A stretch of DNA of 64,000 nucleotides, from the IMG/VR virus record IMGVR_UViG_3300036826_000261, positions 1 through 64,000 of that record. One strand, written 5' to 3'. Each line of letters begins with the position of its first letter. Within the stretch, counting starts at the first letter, position 1. Shown here one piece after another: positions 9,212 through 18,859 of the stretch. The notes below the pieces were generated by a model. That model searched no databases and had not been told where the DNA came from. It saw only the letters and a list, made by a program, of their open reading frames with translations. The position numbers and the translations under genes were made by a program. The stretch is from a virus.

Positions 9212-10918
9212 ATGACGCCTCGCAAGCCGAGTACAGAATTTCGTGGTTATAAAAACAACCGTGAGCCGGACCCGTGGTGGAAAGGCGGCGTTGCCAAATC
9301 GCCAAAGGCCGATGCGAAGTCTAGACTGAAGCAGACGCGAGCACGAGCAGCCAAAGCGCGCGAGCGCGCGATGCCCGGCAAGAAGAAGCCGTCCGGCGAT
9401 CAGATCATCGGCTGGATACAGCGAAACTGCTACGTGCCTGAAGGCAAGCTGCTGGGGCAGAACTTTCAGCTCGACGAGTGGCAGAAAGACGAGATCAGGC
9501 GAATTTACGACAACCCGCACGGCACGCGGCGCGCCATCCTGTCGTTTGCGCGCAAGAACGGCAAGACTTCGCTGGCTGCGGTGCTGATGCTGGTCAATCT
9601 GTGCGGCATCTCCGCGATCCCGAACTCTTCGCTGTACTCGGCGGCGCAAAGCCGTGAGCAGGCGGCGCTGATCTTCAATCTGGCTGCCAAGATCGTCCGC
9701 ATGTCGCCGGGTCTGCGCGACGGCGTCACGATCAAGGATTCAACCAAGGAGATGTACTGCCACGAGATCGGCACGCGCTATCGCGCGCTGTCGGCGGAAG
9801 CGTCTACGGCGTTCGGTCTATCCCCGGTTTTCATCGTGCATGACGAGCTGGGGCAGGTTCGCGGGCCGCGCTCGCAACTGTACGAGGCGCTGGAGACCGC
9901 GACCGGCGCGCAGGAGAACCCGCTGTCGATCATCATTTCGACGCAGGCGCCGGCCGACACCGATTTGTTGTCGGTGCTGATCGACGACGCGATCGCCGGC
10001 CACGATCCGCGCGTGATCTGCAAATTGTACACCGCGCCACTGACGGACGATCCGTTTGCCGAGGAGACGATCAAGATCGCCAACCCGGCCTATGGGTCGT
10101 TTCTCAATCCGACCGAAGTCATGGCGATGGCCGACGACGCCAAGCGCATGCCGTCGCGCGAGGCCGAATATCGTAATCTGATTCTGAATCAGCGTGTCGA
10201 AGCAGTCGCGCAGTTCATCGCACCGACGGTGTGGGCGAAGTGCGGCGCGCCGGTCGGCGACATCACCAAGTGTCGCGAAGTCTACGGCGGGCTCGATCTG
10301 TCGGAAGCCAACGATCTCACCGCACTGGTGCTGATCGGCAAGATCGATCAGGTCTGGCACGTCAAGCCATACTTCTGGATGCCGGAAGCCAACATCTTCG
10401 AGCGCGCGAAGACCGATCACGTGCCGTACGATCTATGGCTCAAGCAGGGTTATCTCGAAACGGTGGCCGGCGAAGCGATCACCTACGACGTGATCGCGAC
10501 GCGGGTCTGCGAAATTCTGGCCGAACACCCGGGCTTGCAGAAGATCGCTTTCGATCGCTGGAACTACCCGCAGTTTCGGCCTTGGTTGACGCATCACGGT
10601 TGGACTAATTCAAAGATTGATCAAAAATGGGTCGAGTTTGGCCAAGGTATCCAGAGTATGTCACCGGCTCTGCGCGAGTTGGAAAGCCGGATTCTGCGGC
10701 AGGAGATCGCGCACGGAAATCATCCTGTGCTTAATATGAACGTAGCCAACGCGGTTGTTGAAGGAAACAAAGACGCTGCTTTCACCAAAGATTCTTCGAC
10801 GCGCAAGTTGTCTAAGAAGCGTTCGAATGGCCGCATCGACGGCTTGGTAGCTTTGACAATGGCCATTGGTATCGCGCCGATGGCTGCAAAAGTAGACATC
10901 TCCGCTTTGATAGGGTAA
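9212..10918 (+). CDS. terL: Terminase large subunit
   Basis: ARKNGKT Walker A, IVHDELG Walker B, IIISTQ, GGLDLS, FDRW and RIDG.VA motifs; start chosen at the AAGGA RBS (9371 is an alternative). Confidence 0.95.
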   Translation: MTPRKPSTEFRGYKNNREPDPWWKGGVAKSPKADAKSRLKQTRARAAKARERAMPGKKKPSGDQIIGWIQRNCYVPEGKLLGQNFQLDEWQKDEIRRIYDNPHGTRRAILSFARKNGKTSLAAVLMLVNLCGISAIPNSSLYSAAQSREQAALIFNLAAKIVRMSPGLRDGVTIKDSTKEMYCHEIGTRYRALSAEASTAFGLSPVFIVHDELGQVRGPRSQLYEALETATGAQENPLSIIISTQAPADTDLLSVLIDDAIAGHDPRVICKLYTAPLTDDPFAEETIKIANPAYGSFLNPTEVMAMADDAKRMPSREAEYRNLILNQRVEAVAQFIAPTVWAKCGAPVGDITKCREVYGGLDLSEANDLTALVLIGKIDQVWHVKPYFWMPEANIFERAKTDHVPYDLWLKQGYLETVAGEAITYDVIATRVCEILAEHPGLQKIAFDRWNYPQFRPWLTHHGWTNSKIDQKWVEFGQGIQSMSPALRELESRILRQEIAHGNHPVLNMNVANAVVEGNKDAAFTKDSSTRKLSKKRSNGRIDGLVALTMAIGIAPMAAKVDISALIG

Positions 10919-10924
10919 ACAAAT

Positions 10925-11003
10925 AACGCAACGGCTGGAGCACTTGCAATGCTCCAGCCGTCACTTGACCTAGCAACCTGTCTGGAGGCTGCCATGCCCA
11001 AAG
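10925..11003 (+). promoter_or_regulatory. Structured leader of an endonuclease gene (copy 1)
   Basis: 12-bp hairpin ACGGCTGGAGCA/TGCTCCAGCCGT followed by CACTTGACCTAGCAACCT...GGCTGCCATGCCCAAAG; near-identical copy at 45007-45087. Confidence 0.7.
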
Positions 11004-11530
11004 CTTTGGATATCACAAATCGACGTTTCGGACGACTCATCGCCCGCAAGATAGCGGGTCATGTGCGCGGGAACGGAGGCCAAAGTTATATCGTTTGGTT
11101 ATGCGATTGCGATTGCGGCAATCGAACCAAAGTAACTACAGCCAATCTTAGACAGCCGGGCGGCACAAAGTCCTGTGGTTGTTATTGGCTGGACCTTCAA
11201 GGGTCTCGTAATCTTCGTCACGGTCAAACCCGCAATGGAAAAATTAGCGGTGTGTACAACAGTTGGGCCGGCATGATCTAACGTTGTACTAATCCCAATT
11301 CTCAAGTTTGGAAATACTACGGTGGGCGCGGCATCAAGGTTCACAAGCCTTGGTTTCGTTTCGAAGCTTTCTACGCGTACGTTGGCGATAAGCCAAAAGG
11401 CAAGACGCTAGACCGCTACCCGAATCAAAACGGCGATTACAAACCGGGCAATGTTCGCTGGGCTACGCCAGCAGAGCAGGCCAATAATCGACGTCTTCGA
11501 AAAAGAGGTTACAGGAGAAAATTCAAATGA
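10994..11530 (+). pseudogene. HNH homing endonuclease with an in-frame stop codon
   Basis: WLCDCDCG and SCGC motifs; TAA at 11279-11281 interrupts MI*RC; the same frame continues YGGRGI, LDRYPN.NG.Y.PGNVRWAT..EQANN to TGA at 11530. Confidence 0.85.
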
Positions 11531-12600
11531 ATCGCCACGTGATCGAGCACACGGCGCCACCGGAGCGTGGTTTTCGACGCAATCCGCTGCCTGTCTCACA
11601 AGGCAACTGTTTTGTGCGCATGCTGACCGCCAAGGTGATTGGCCAGTTGCGCAACATGGCACCGATCTCGGTCGCCACCGGAATGTGGCCGAGCGACAGA
11701 ATCACAGCCGAGATTTTGGAACGCGCATCGAGCGCGCCGGCCATGACGGGCGTAGCCGGTTGGGCTGCCGAGCTGACACAGCGGTTGGTCAGTGACGCGA
11801 TCTCGATCATGAGTGGCGTATCGGCCGGCGCCGAAGTGCTGCGGCGCTGCTTGATGCTGGCGTTGGATCGCAACGGCTTTTTGGTGCCGGGTCTGGTGGT
11901 TGACGCTACCGGCGCTTCGTTTGTCGCTGAAGGTGATCCGATCCCGGTGCACAATCTTGCGACGACGCCAGGATCGATTCCGTTTACCAAGCTCGCCAGC
12001 ATCGCGGTTTTGACAAGAGAAATGGTTGAATCGAGCAACGCCGAAGCGCTGATCGGCAACGCGCTGGGACGTGCAGCCGGTTTGGCGCTCGATGCCGTGC
12101 TGTTTTCCAGCGCCGCCGCGACATCAGCAGCGCCGGCTGGCTTGCGCAACGGCATTGGTGCTTTGACGGCAAGCGTCAACACCGATCCGTTCGCAGCGGT
12201 GTTCGAGGACATGGCAACGCTGTTCAACGCGGTCGGTCAAGTCGGCGGTGCCGGCCCGTTTGTTCTGGTTGCGGGTCCCGGCCGCGCGATAACCTTTTCC
12301 ATGCGGGTCGGCGGTGGCGCACAGTTATCGGTTTATCCGGTGGCGTCCAGCTTCGTCGGCAATGACCTGATCGCGATTGCACCACAGGCGATCGCGGCTG
12401 CGCTCGGCACGGAGCCGGTCATCGAGGCAGCAAAGGCCGGTGTTTTGCATATGGACACGGCGCCATCGGCGTCGCCTTCGGCCGGCGCGCGAAAAGAGAT
12501 GTATCAAACCGATTCGATTGCAGTGAAAATGCACTGGCCAGTATCTTGGCTTTTGCGCGATGCGCGCGGCGTGGCGTGGCTGACGCCGGCCTGGAAGTGA
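11527..12600 (+). CDS. HK97-fold major capsid protein paralogue
   Basis: Shares APAMT.VAGWA.EL, FV.EG..IPV, T.EM, LHM and QTDS.A....PV.W blocks with the capsid domain of 18860-21148. Confidence 0.8.
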   Translation: MNRHVIEHTAPPERGFRRNPLPVSQGNCFVRMLTAKVIGQLRNMAPISVATGMWPSDRITAEILERASSAPAMTGVAGWAAELTQRLVSDAISIMSGVSAGAEVLRRCLMLALDRNGFLVPGLVVDATGASFVAEGDPIPVHNLATTPGSIPFTKLASIAVLTREMVESSNAEALIGNALGRAAGLALDAVLFSSAAATSAAPAGLRNGIGALTASVNTDPFAAVFEDMATLFNAVGQVGGAGPFVLVAGPGRAITFSMRVGGGAQLSVYPVASSFVGNDLIAIAPQAIAAALGTEPVIEAAKAGVLHMDTAPSASPSAGARKEMYQTDSIAVKMHWPVSWLLRDARGVAWLTPAWK

Positions 12601-12605
12601 TCACC

Positions 12606-13799
12606 ATGAAGCATTTCGCGCAGTTCGAGCCGCCATCGCTGCCGCCGGTGGTCGTGGTCGAGCACACGCCGAAAGGCTGGCGCGGTCTGACGGCGGACGG
12701 TCAGGTGCTCAACGTGGAATCCGCCAACGGGCATCCGGTCGAGATTCCATTCGGCGGCAATCTCGCGGTGACACGCGCGGGTCAGATCATCGGCTATCGC
12801 GATATTCCGGAGCAACCGACGCCTGGGCTGATCGACAGCTACACGCGCTGCTATGATTTGGCGCTGCGCGCCGTGAGAGCCGGCAGGCTCGACATGGCAC
12901 TGACCCACGTCGAGACCGCGATATCGTTCGTGCCGACGCTAACCGCGCGCTACAACCGCGGCATGATCCTGCTCGAACTCGGACGCTGGCGCGAAGGCTT
13001 CGACGACTACGCGTACGCGATGGAGTACGACACGTCGCCGTACATGCGTCCGGAGTATCGCACGTGCCTCGAATGGGGATTGAAGCGCTGGCGCGGCGAG
13101 GACCTTCGCGGCAAGCGCATTCTGCTGGTGCACGATCACGGGTTCGGCGATTCGATCATGATGCTGCGCTATGTGCGCGTGCTTCAGGCGATGGGCTCCA
13201 ACGTCACGTTGTGGTTGCCGCCGGAGCTGCAACGGCTGGCGGCGCCGCTGGCGAAGGTCACCGGCGAGATCGTGCACGCGGATTATTTCTGTTCGCTGCT
13301 GTTCCTGCTGCACACGCTGCAGCAGACACCGGCGACGATTCCACTGCAGCCGTATCTGTCGGTCGATACGAAATTGCGCGGCAAGTGGCAGGATCGGGTT
13401 GGGCACAAAAAGCCGATCGGCGTGGCGTGGACGCCGGGCCGGACGCACGATGGCGACTACCCGCGCGCCGTTCCGCTCGAATTGTTGCGCAAGGCGTTGC
13501 CTGACGCCGCGCTGGTCAGCGTGCAGCAGCAGGGCGCTGAAGAAGCGCAGGCGTTCGGTGTCGAGCACTACACGTTCGAGGATTTCGCCGACTGTGCGGG
13601 ACTGATGGCATGTTGCGATCGGATCATCACCGTAGACACCGCCGCCGTCCACCTCGCGGGCGCTGTCGGTCATTCGCGGATTTCGCTGTTGCTTGGTCAT
13701 TGGGCAAGCTGGCGCTGGTTGTCGCCGTTGTACGAGAACGTTTGCATTTATAGGCAGGCGCCGCCGGGTGATTGGAGCGGCGTGCTGAAATTGCTTTGA
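12606..13799 (+). CDS. TPR-containing glycosyltransferase (GT9-like)
   Basis: TPR-like helices; W.GE.L.GKRILL...GFGD.IM.LRY and ITVDTAAVHLAGAVG motifs. Confidence 0.85.
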   Translation: MKHFAQFEPPSLPPVVVVEHTPKGWRGLTADGQVLNVESANGHPVEIPFGGNLAVTRAGQIIGYRDIPEQPTPGLIDSYTRCYDLALRAVRAGRLDMALTHVETAISFVPTLTARYNRGMILLELGRWREGFDDYAYAMEYDTSPYMRPEYRTCLEWGLKRWRGEDLRGKRILLVHDHGFGDSIMMLRYVRVLQAMGSNVTLWLPPELQRLAAPLAKVTGEIVHADYFCSLLFLLHTLQQTPATIPLQPYLSVDTKLRGKWQDRVGHKKPIGVAWTPGRTHDGDYPRAVPLELLRKALPDAALVSVQQQGAEEAQAFGVEHYTFEDFADCAGLMACCDRIITVDTAAVHLAGAVGHSRISLLLGHWASWRWLSPLYENVCIYRQAPPGDWSGVLKLL

Positions 13800-13916
13800 G
13801 TGACGGGGTTGGGGAATCCCGGGGAGCCATCATGAACAGCAACCGTCTGATTCGACGACAGCGGCAACGCGAAGATTTTCTCGATCGTTTTCTCGACGAG
13901 ATCGACGATAAAACAG

Positions 13917-14465
13917 TTGATGAGGACGTGCGGTTTGATCTGGTATCAAAACAGGTTCGAGGTGCTGCGCCACGCGGCGGCGATAACACCCACTGAAGGT
14001 CTGGTGCTTGAGTTCGGCGTGGCTTCAGGAAGCACTGTTCGTTGCTTAGCCGAAACACCAGCATTGTGCGAGCGATCCATCTACGGGTTCGATTCGTTCA
14101 AGGGTTTGCCAGAACCATGGGCGTCGTATCCGGTCGGACATTTCGCTTGCGACATTCCAGAGGTGCCAAAAAATGTCGGGCTCGTGGTGGGGATGTTCGA
14201 ACATACGATCAAGCCGTTTTTGCTGGTTCATCCGAACAACGTTGCGCTGCTTCATATTGATTGCGATCTCTACTCCAGCGCTCGGTGTGTACTTGAGCAG
14301 CTCTCACCCCGAATCGTCTCCGGTACTGTTATCGTGCTAGACGAGTATTTCATTCTTGTTGAGCACGAGCAGCGGGCTTTCAACGAGTGGCTGTCGAAGA
14401 CGGGCCGCAGGTTTCGCAAGGAAGCGCGATCTGTCGAACAGTTGTGCGGCGTGATCGAAAGCTAG
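13917..14465 (+). CDS. Class I SAM-dependent methyltransferase (TylF/MycF-like)
   Basis: LEFGVASG, YGFDSFKGLPE.W, LLHIDCDLYSS and VIVLDEY motifs; start uncertain. Confidence 0.85.
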   Translation: MMRTCGLIWYQNRFEVLRHAAAITPTEGLVLEFGVASGSTVRCLAETPALCERSIYGFDSFKGLPEPWASYPVGHFACDIPEVPKNVGLVVGMFEHTIKPFLLVHPNNVALLHIDCDLYSSARCVLEQLSPRIVSGTVIVLDEYFILVEHEQRAFNEWLSKTGRRFRKEARSVEQLCGVIES

Positions 14466-14502
14466 AAAAGCCTTCTCCCGGAGTTGCAATAGCGGGCGGT
14501 CA

Positions 14503-16914
14503 ATGCTAGATAACAGGCATGGACGAGAACAAACAAACAACCGAGACGGCGGAAGAGCGCGAGAAGTTGTTGAATCAGCTCGACGCGACTGGCCGCAGTC
14601 TGGTCGAGCGGATTCTGGCGCAGCATCCGGAGCTGACGGCGGCGGAAGCGATCGCGCACGTCCAGGAGATGGGCGGGCTGTAGTCTCGCGCGGCGGCGGT
14701 GCTGGCCACGATGTGTCCGGCGAGCCGCGCGACGAGCAGGGCCGTTGGACCGATGGCGGCGGCGATGGTAGCGACAGCTATTCCAGCAGCCCGCCGAGTT
14801 CACGTGAAAAAGACAAGCATGTCGCAGCGGTCTACAAGCCGACTGGCGCTGCGGTTACCGCAGCCAAGAAAGCCGGTCGCACGCCGCTGGAATTTCATCA
14901 ACTGACGGCGGACGGTAATCAGCGTTTCCACGATGCGATCATTAAGGCGAAAGAAAACCTGAAGTTCGGCGCGTCGGTGCATGCCTACGATGCCGCTGAC
15001 TATCGCGGCATGAAGACCTACGTGACGCCCGACGACAAGGCCGGCTTCGCGCTCAAGCCGGACGGTGATATCGTATCCGCATTCAGTCAGTCGAAGGCCA
15101 AGCGCGCCGGTGATTCGATTTTGGCGTTGGCGGTGCAGCACGGTGGCCGCAAGCTCGACGCGTTCGACACGGTGCTGCCGGCGATCTACAGCGACAACGG
15201 CTTTCGCGCAGTGGCGCGGATTCCCTGGAACGAAGAGTACAAGCCGGCCGATTGGGACAAGAACACGTTCAAGAAATTCAACGGCGGCAAGCCGGATGTC
15301 GTGTTCATGGTGCACGATCCGGCAAACGCCGCGCCCTACAAGCCGGGCGACGGCAAGCGCGTGTCGAGTTACGAGGAAGGTGTTGCCGAGCAGGACAAGG
15401 CGCTGAAGGAGATCGAGAAGGGGCGCGAGCATCCGGGCAAGGGCTATTCCCAGAACGCCTATGTCGATCATCAGGGCGTGATTCACACCTCGAACGTTTA
15501 TGACGCGCAGCGCGCGCTGTTCGAGGATCGCAAGGTCGAGCTGACGCAGGTCAAGCAGATATCGACCTTGATCAAGCGGCTCGGTGAGACCGCCGCGGAG
15601 ATGGCCGAGCACGGTGAAACTGCGCCGACCTTCAATCTCTGCAACGTCAGCGTCAAGGGCACCAACTTGTTTTGCGCCGACCAGATTGGCATTCCGCGCG
15701 TCGAGATGCCGGTGATCCGCGCCGGCAAGACCAAGGACTTCATCAAGCATCTCAAGAAGCTTGGCTACAAGATCGAAGAGACCAAGGAGGAAGCGCGCAA
15801 TCTTCGTGCCACACAGAACGAGATCAGTGGTACTAAGGTCGCTGCCGCGATGGCGCGGATCAAGCAGGAAGGTTTCTACAAACGTCTCGTGGTGTCGCGT
15901 GATGATTACATTCTCGATGGTCATCATACCTGGGCTGGTCAGCTCGGGCTCGACGCCAAGGATGGCGATCTCGAAGATGACGGCCGCGAAGTCAAGATCG
16001 CGCGGGTCGATATCTCGATCACCAAGTTGCTCGAAGAAGCCGAGAAGTGGACCGGCGGCGCCGGCAAGAAGCCGGCCAGCGAAGCGCCAAAGGGTTATCA
16101 GTTCGTCACGCTGCGCGAGGCGCAGCGGTTACTGGACGTGACGACCTACCAGAAGTTCGTCCTGATTGCGGGGCAGTTTCTTACAGCCAATGGCCATCTC
16201 GCGCGTGGCATCGAGAACATTCGGATCACGGTGCCGATTGCGCGCGAGTTTGACGACGCGCTGCATCCGCATCAGCCGGCCGGGCAGGGTGGTGGTCAGT
16301 TCGCGCCGACCGGCGGCAGTGACAAGCCGGCGGCGCCGAAGAAGCCGGCGGCGTCGCCGGCAGCGGCAGCAGAACCGGCTCAACTACAACCTGAACCTCC
16401 GGGATACGGATTGTCGCCAGCCGAGCACGACAAGCTCGATGATTGGACAATGGGCGAGCCGAAATCGGCGGCCTACAGCAAGATGCGCAAAGACCCGAAG
16501 ATGATCGCGATCATGGCCAAGCTGCCCAAGTACGAGGGCACGGTTTATCGCGGCACATCGTTCTACAAAGGCAAGATCGGTTCGATCAAGGTCGGGAGCA
16601 TCGAAGACATCATCGGCAAGACGTTCGATATCTCCAAGCTGTCATCGTCATCGACTGATGGTGCAAAGGCTGCGGAATTTGCTGTAAATGACGTGCTGAG
16701 CCCGACGACCGGTGAGCTGAAAAAAGGCTATACGGCCGTGGTTTTCAAGATGGATCAGATGAGTGGACATCAGGTGCCGTCGGATATCGATCGCGGCGTC
16801 GAGAAAGAAGTCGTGCTGATGCCGCACACTACTTTTCAGGCGATCAATGTCGCCGATATGACGGAAGCGACCAATGGTGTGAAGTACAAAGAAGTCACGA
16901 TGAGGGAAGTATGA
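14503..16914 (+). CDS. Polyvalent protein with GNAT-like, ParB/Srx-like and C-terminal ADP-ribosyltransferase-like domains
   Basis: EPRDEQGRWT motif; GGRKLDAFDTVLP.IY...GF; LRATQ.EI and D.YILDGHH.W; LPKYEGTVYRG...SSSS...EKEVVL (R-S-E ART pattern); the true start is probably near 14700. Confidence 0.75.
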   Translation: MLDNRHGREQTNNRDGGRAREVVESARRDWPQSGRADSGAASGADGGGSDRARPGDGRAVVSRGGGAGHDVSGEPRDEQGRWTDGGGDGSDSYSSSPPSSREKDKHVAAVYKPTGAAVTAAKKAGRTPLEFHQLTADGNQRFHDAIIKAKENLKFGASVHAYDAADYRGMKTYVTPDDKAGFALKPDGDIVSAFSQSKAKRAGDSILALAVQHGGRKLDAFDTVLPAIYSDNGFRAVARIPWNEEYKPADWDKNTFKKFNGGKPDVVFMVHDPANAAPYKPGDGKRVSSYEEGVAEQDKALKEIEKGREHPGKGYSQNAYVDHQGVIHTSNVYDAQRALFEDRKVELTQVKQISTLIKRLGETAAEMAEHGETAPTFNLCNVSVKGTNLFCADQIGIPRVEMPVIRAGKTKDFIKHLKKLGYKIEETKEEARNLRATQNEISGTKVAAAMARIKQEGFYKRLVVSRDDYILDGHHTWAGQLGLDAKDGDLEDDGREVKIARVDISITKLLEEAEKWTGGAGKKPASEAPKGYQFVTLREAQRLLDVTTYQKFVLIAGQFLTANGHLARGIENIRITVPIAREFDDALHPHQPAGQGGGQFAPTGGSDKPAAPKKPAASPAAAAEPAQLQPEPPGYGLSPAEHDKLDDWTMGEPKSAAYSKMRKDPKMIAIMAKLPKYEGTVYRGTSFYKGKIGSIKVGSIEDIIGKTFDISKLSSSSTDGAKAAEFAVNDVLSPTTGELKKGYTAVVFKMDQMSGHQVPSDIDRGVEKEVVLMPHTTFQAINVADMTEATNGVKYKEVTMREV
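14519..14683 (+). CDS. 54-aa hypothetical protein (absent from the ORF track)
   Basis: Manual translation MDENKQTTETAEEREKLLNQLDATGRSLVERILAQHPELTAAEAIAHVQEMGGL*; overlaps the doubtful 5' end of the 803-aa ORF. Confidence 0.55.
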   Translation: MDENKQTTETAEEREKLLNQLDATGRSLVERILAQHPELTAAEAIAHVQEMGGL

Positions 16915-18500
16915 GCGAAGACAGGCTCGGCGCTCGCATCACGGAAGAGACCGACGACACGGAATGGCTCACGCCGGTCGGGCAGAAGTTTGATCCGAAC
17001 GAACCGCGTGATGAGCAGGGTCGCTGGACCGATGGCGGCGGCAGTGATGACGCCGGGTCGAGCAAGCCGGTCGGCGGTGGCGGCAAGGAAGGCGGTCAAG
17101 GCAAGAAAAAGGTCGAGAAGCTCGCCGATTTCCAGAAGGACGGCGTGCGTATCGATGCCAGTACGGCGGCCGACGACGCCAAGGCGCAAAAATTTCTAGA
17201 GCGCTGGAATGATAAGATCGGCGAGGCGCCGGCCGAGTTCAAGCAGGAATTTCTCGGTGGCCTCAACGGCACGATGAAAGTTGGTTACGACGAACGCGAA
17301 GACCGAATCGATATCGACGGCCAGATCAAGGACGACAACGGCAGCACGATCGCGGATTATACGCGTTATGTTTTTCCTGGCCAGAACCGGGCCTATTCCG
17401 CTTACTTTGAAGTCAAACGCGCAGCGCAGCACGGAAAAGGTGGCCAGAACATCGGCAAGACGCTGCTTAAAGCCAACGTCGAGATGTATCAGAAGCTCGG
17501 TCTCGACAAGGTTACGGTGTCGGCCAATCTCGATGTCGGCGGCTACGCCTGGGCGAAATACGGCTACGTGCCGACGCGCAGTTCATGGGATTCATTGCGC
17601 GGCGCGATCGCCGACAAGCTGAACGACAACGGTGATCGCGCCAGCCATCGCGCGTCAGGTTCGGGTTATACGCCAGAAGAGTGGGATGCGATCGGTAACG
17701 ACGATCAAAGCCGGATCGAGCGGGCATGGATGGAGTCGGTGCGCGACGAGTTCGTTCAATCCGAAGAGCAGAACTACCGCGAGAGCGGGCAGGCGATGGA
17801 AGATGCCAAGCGCCAGCTCGCCGACAATTTCGATCCAACCGACAAATGGGCCGTGGCCGCGCTCAAGACGTGGCGCGAAGGGCTCGACGACGAAGGCAAG
17901 AGCATTCCCTACACCAACGAGGAATTGCTTAACGCGGTGACGATAGACGATTACTCGTCGCGCTATGGCGAGGGTCGTGACGATCCTGACATCGAGATCG
18001 ACGACAAGCAGCTTCCTGATTTGCAGCCTGGACAGGGGACGCTGCCCGGCATCGAGGTAGCGCCTGCGCTTAGCGATGACACACGCGACAAAATCGTTAG
18101 TGTGCTTACTGAGGCGTTCAACGAACAGGCTGAAACCGACGCCGACAACGCTGATTATACGCCGGATGATCACTACATTCGCGAGTCCATGGGCGAGTAC
18201 TGGGATTCGATGAGCGATCGCGACAAGTACGCCTGGGCCGAACGCAACAGCGAGTTGCCGGAATATCCGCTCGATGACGACGAGGATGTCGAGCCGGTCG
18301 AAGTAGCGGATGACACACAGCGCAGTGCGCTGTTGAAATTGACCGATAGCAATAATCCGAAGGCGCTGTGGGCGATCGCCGATTCACCGGCGGGCAAGGA
18401 TTTGCTGCTCAATACCACTTGGTCCGGTGTGCTTGATCTCAAGGACAAGGACACCATGGATCGTTTCAACGCCTACGTCGGCAAAAAGAAGGCCGCTTGA
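16911..18500 (+). CDS. Acidic protein with a GNAT-like domain and a KFDPNEPRDEQGRWT motif
   Basis: IGK.LL.....Y..LG...V...AN..VGGYAWAKYGY; long acidic insertion; ATGA-coupled to the previous gene. Confidence 0.75.
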   Translation: MSEDRLGARITEETDDTEWLTPVGQKFDPNEPRDEQGRWTDGGGSDDAGSSKPVGGGGKEGGQGKKKVEKLADFQKDGVRIDASTAADDAKAQKFLERWNDKIGEAPAEFKQEFLGGLNGTMKVGYDEREDRIDIDGQIKDDNGSTIADYTRYVFPGQNRAYSAYFEVKRAAQHGKGGQNIGKTLLKANVEMYQKLGLDKVTVSANLDVGGYAWAKYGYVPTRSSWDSLRGAIADKLNDNGDRASHRASGSGYTPEEWDAIGNDDQSRIERAWMESVRDEFVQSEEQNYRESGQAMEDAKRQLADNFDPTDKWAVAALKTWREGLDDEGKSIPYTNEELLNAVTIDDYSSRYGEGRDDPDIEIDDKQLPDLQPGQGTLPGIEVAPALSDDTRDKIVSVLTEAFNEQAETDADNADYTPDDHYIRESMGEYWDSMSDRDKYAWAERNSELPEYPLDDDEDVEPVEVADDTQRSALLKLTDSNNPKALWAIADSPAGKDLLLNTTWSGVLDLKDKDTMDRFNAYVGKKKAA

Positions 18501-18503
18501 GCG

Positions 18504-18704
18504 ATGCCGAAGCCTGAAAAAGAATTGTACTACCGCGACAAGGGCAAGCGGCATGATGAGACATTGCACACGCCGATTCTCGCTGAGGGCGACCACGCAG
18601 CCGCGCAGAAGATCAGCGACAAGGTCGCGCGTGAGATCGGTTTAACCGACGCCGAGATCGAGGCATTGCACGCGCCAGTCCCACCGAAGAAGACAGGCAA
18701 GTAA
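18504..18704 (+). CDS. Small hypothetical protein, possibly partner of the upstream effector
   Basis: Starts 3 nt after the upstream stop codon. Confidence 0.6.
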   Translation: MPKPEKELYYRDKGKRHDETLHTPILAEGDHAAAQKISDKVAREIGLTDAEIEALHAPVPPKKTGK

Positions 18705-18859
18705 GACACCAGCATTGTGAGCCCGGGGGGTCGCGATGTGAGTGAACGATGGTGTTCGGCCCGCTAGACAACGTTTCCAAACAAACCTGGATTCTGATCG
18801 TTGTGATCGCCGTTGTGGTGGTCACGGCGATTTTGTTGGTTCAGCTATAGGAGAAGCTC

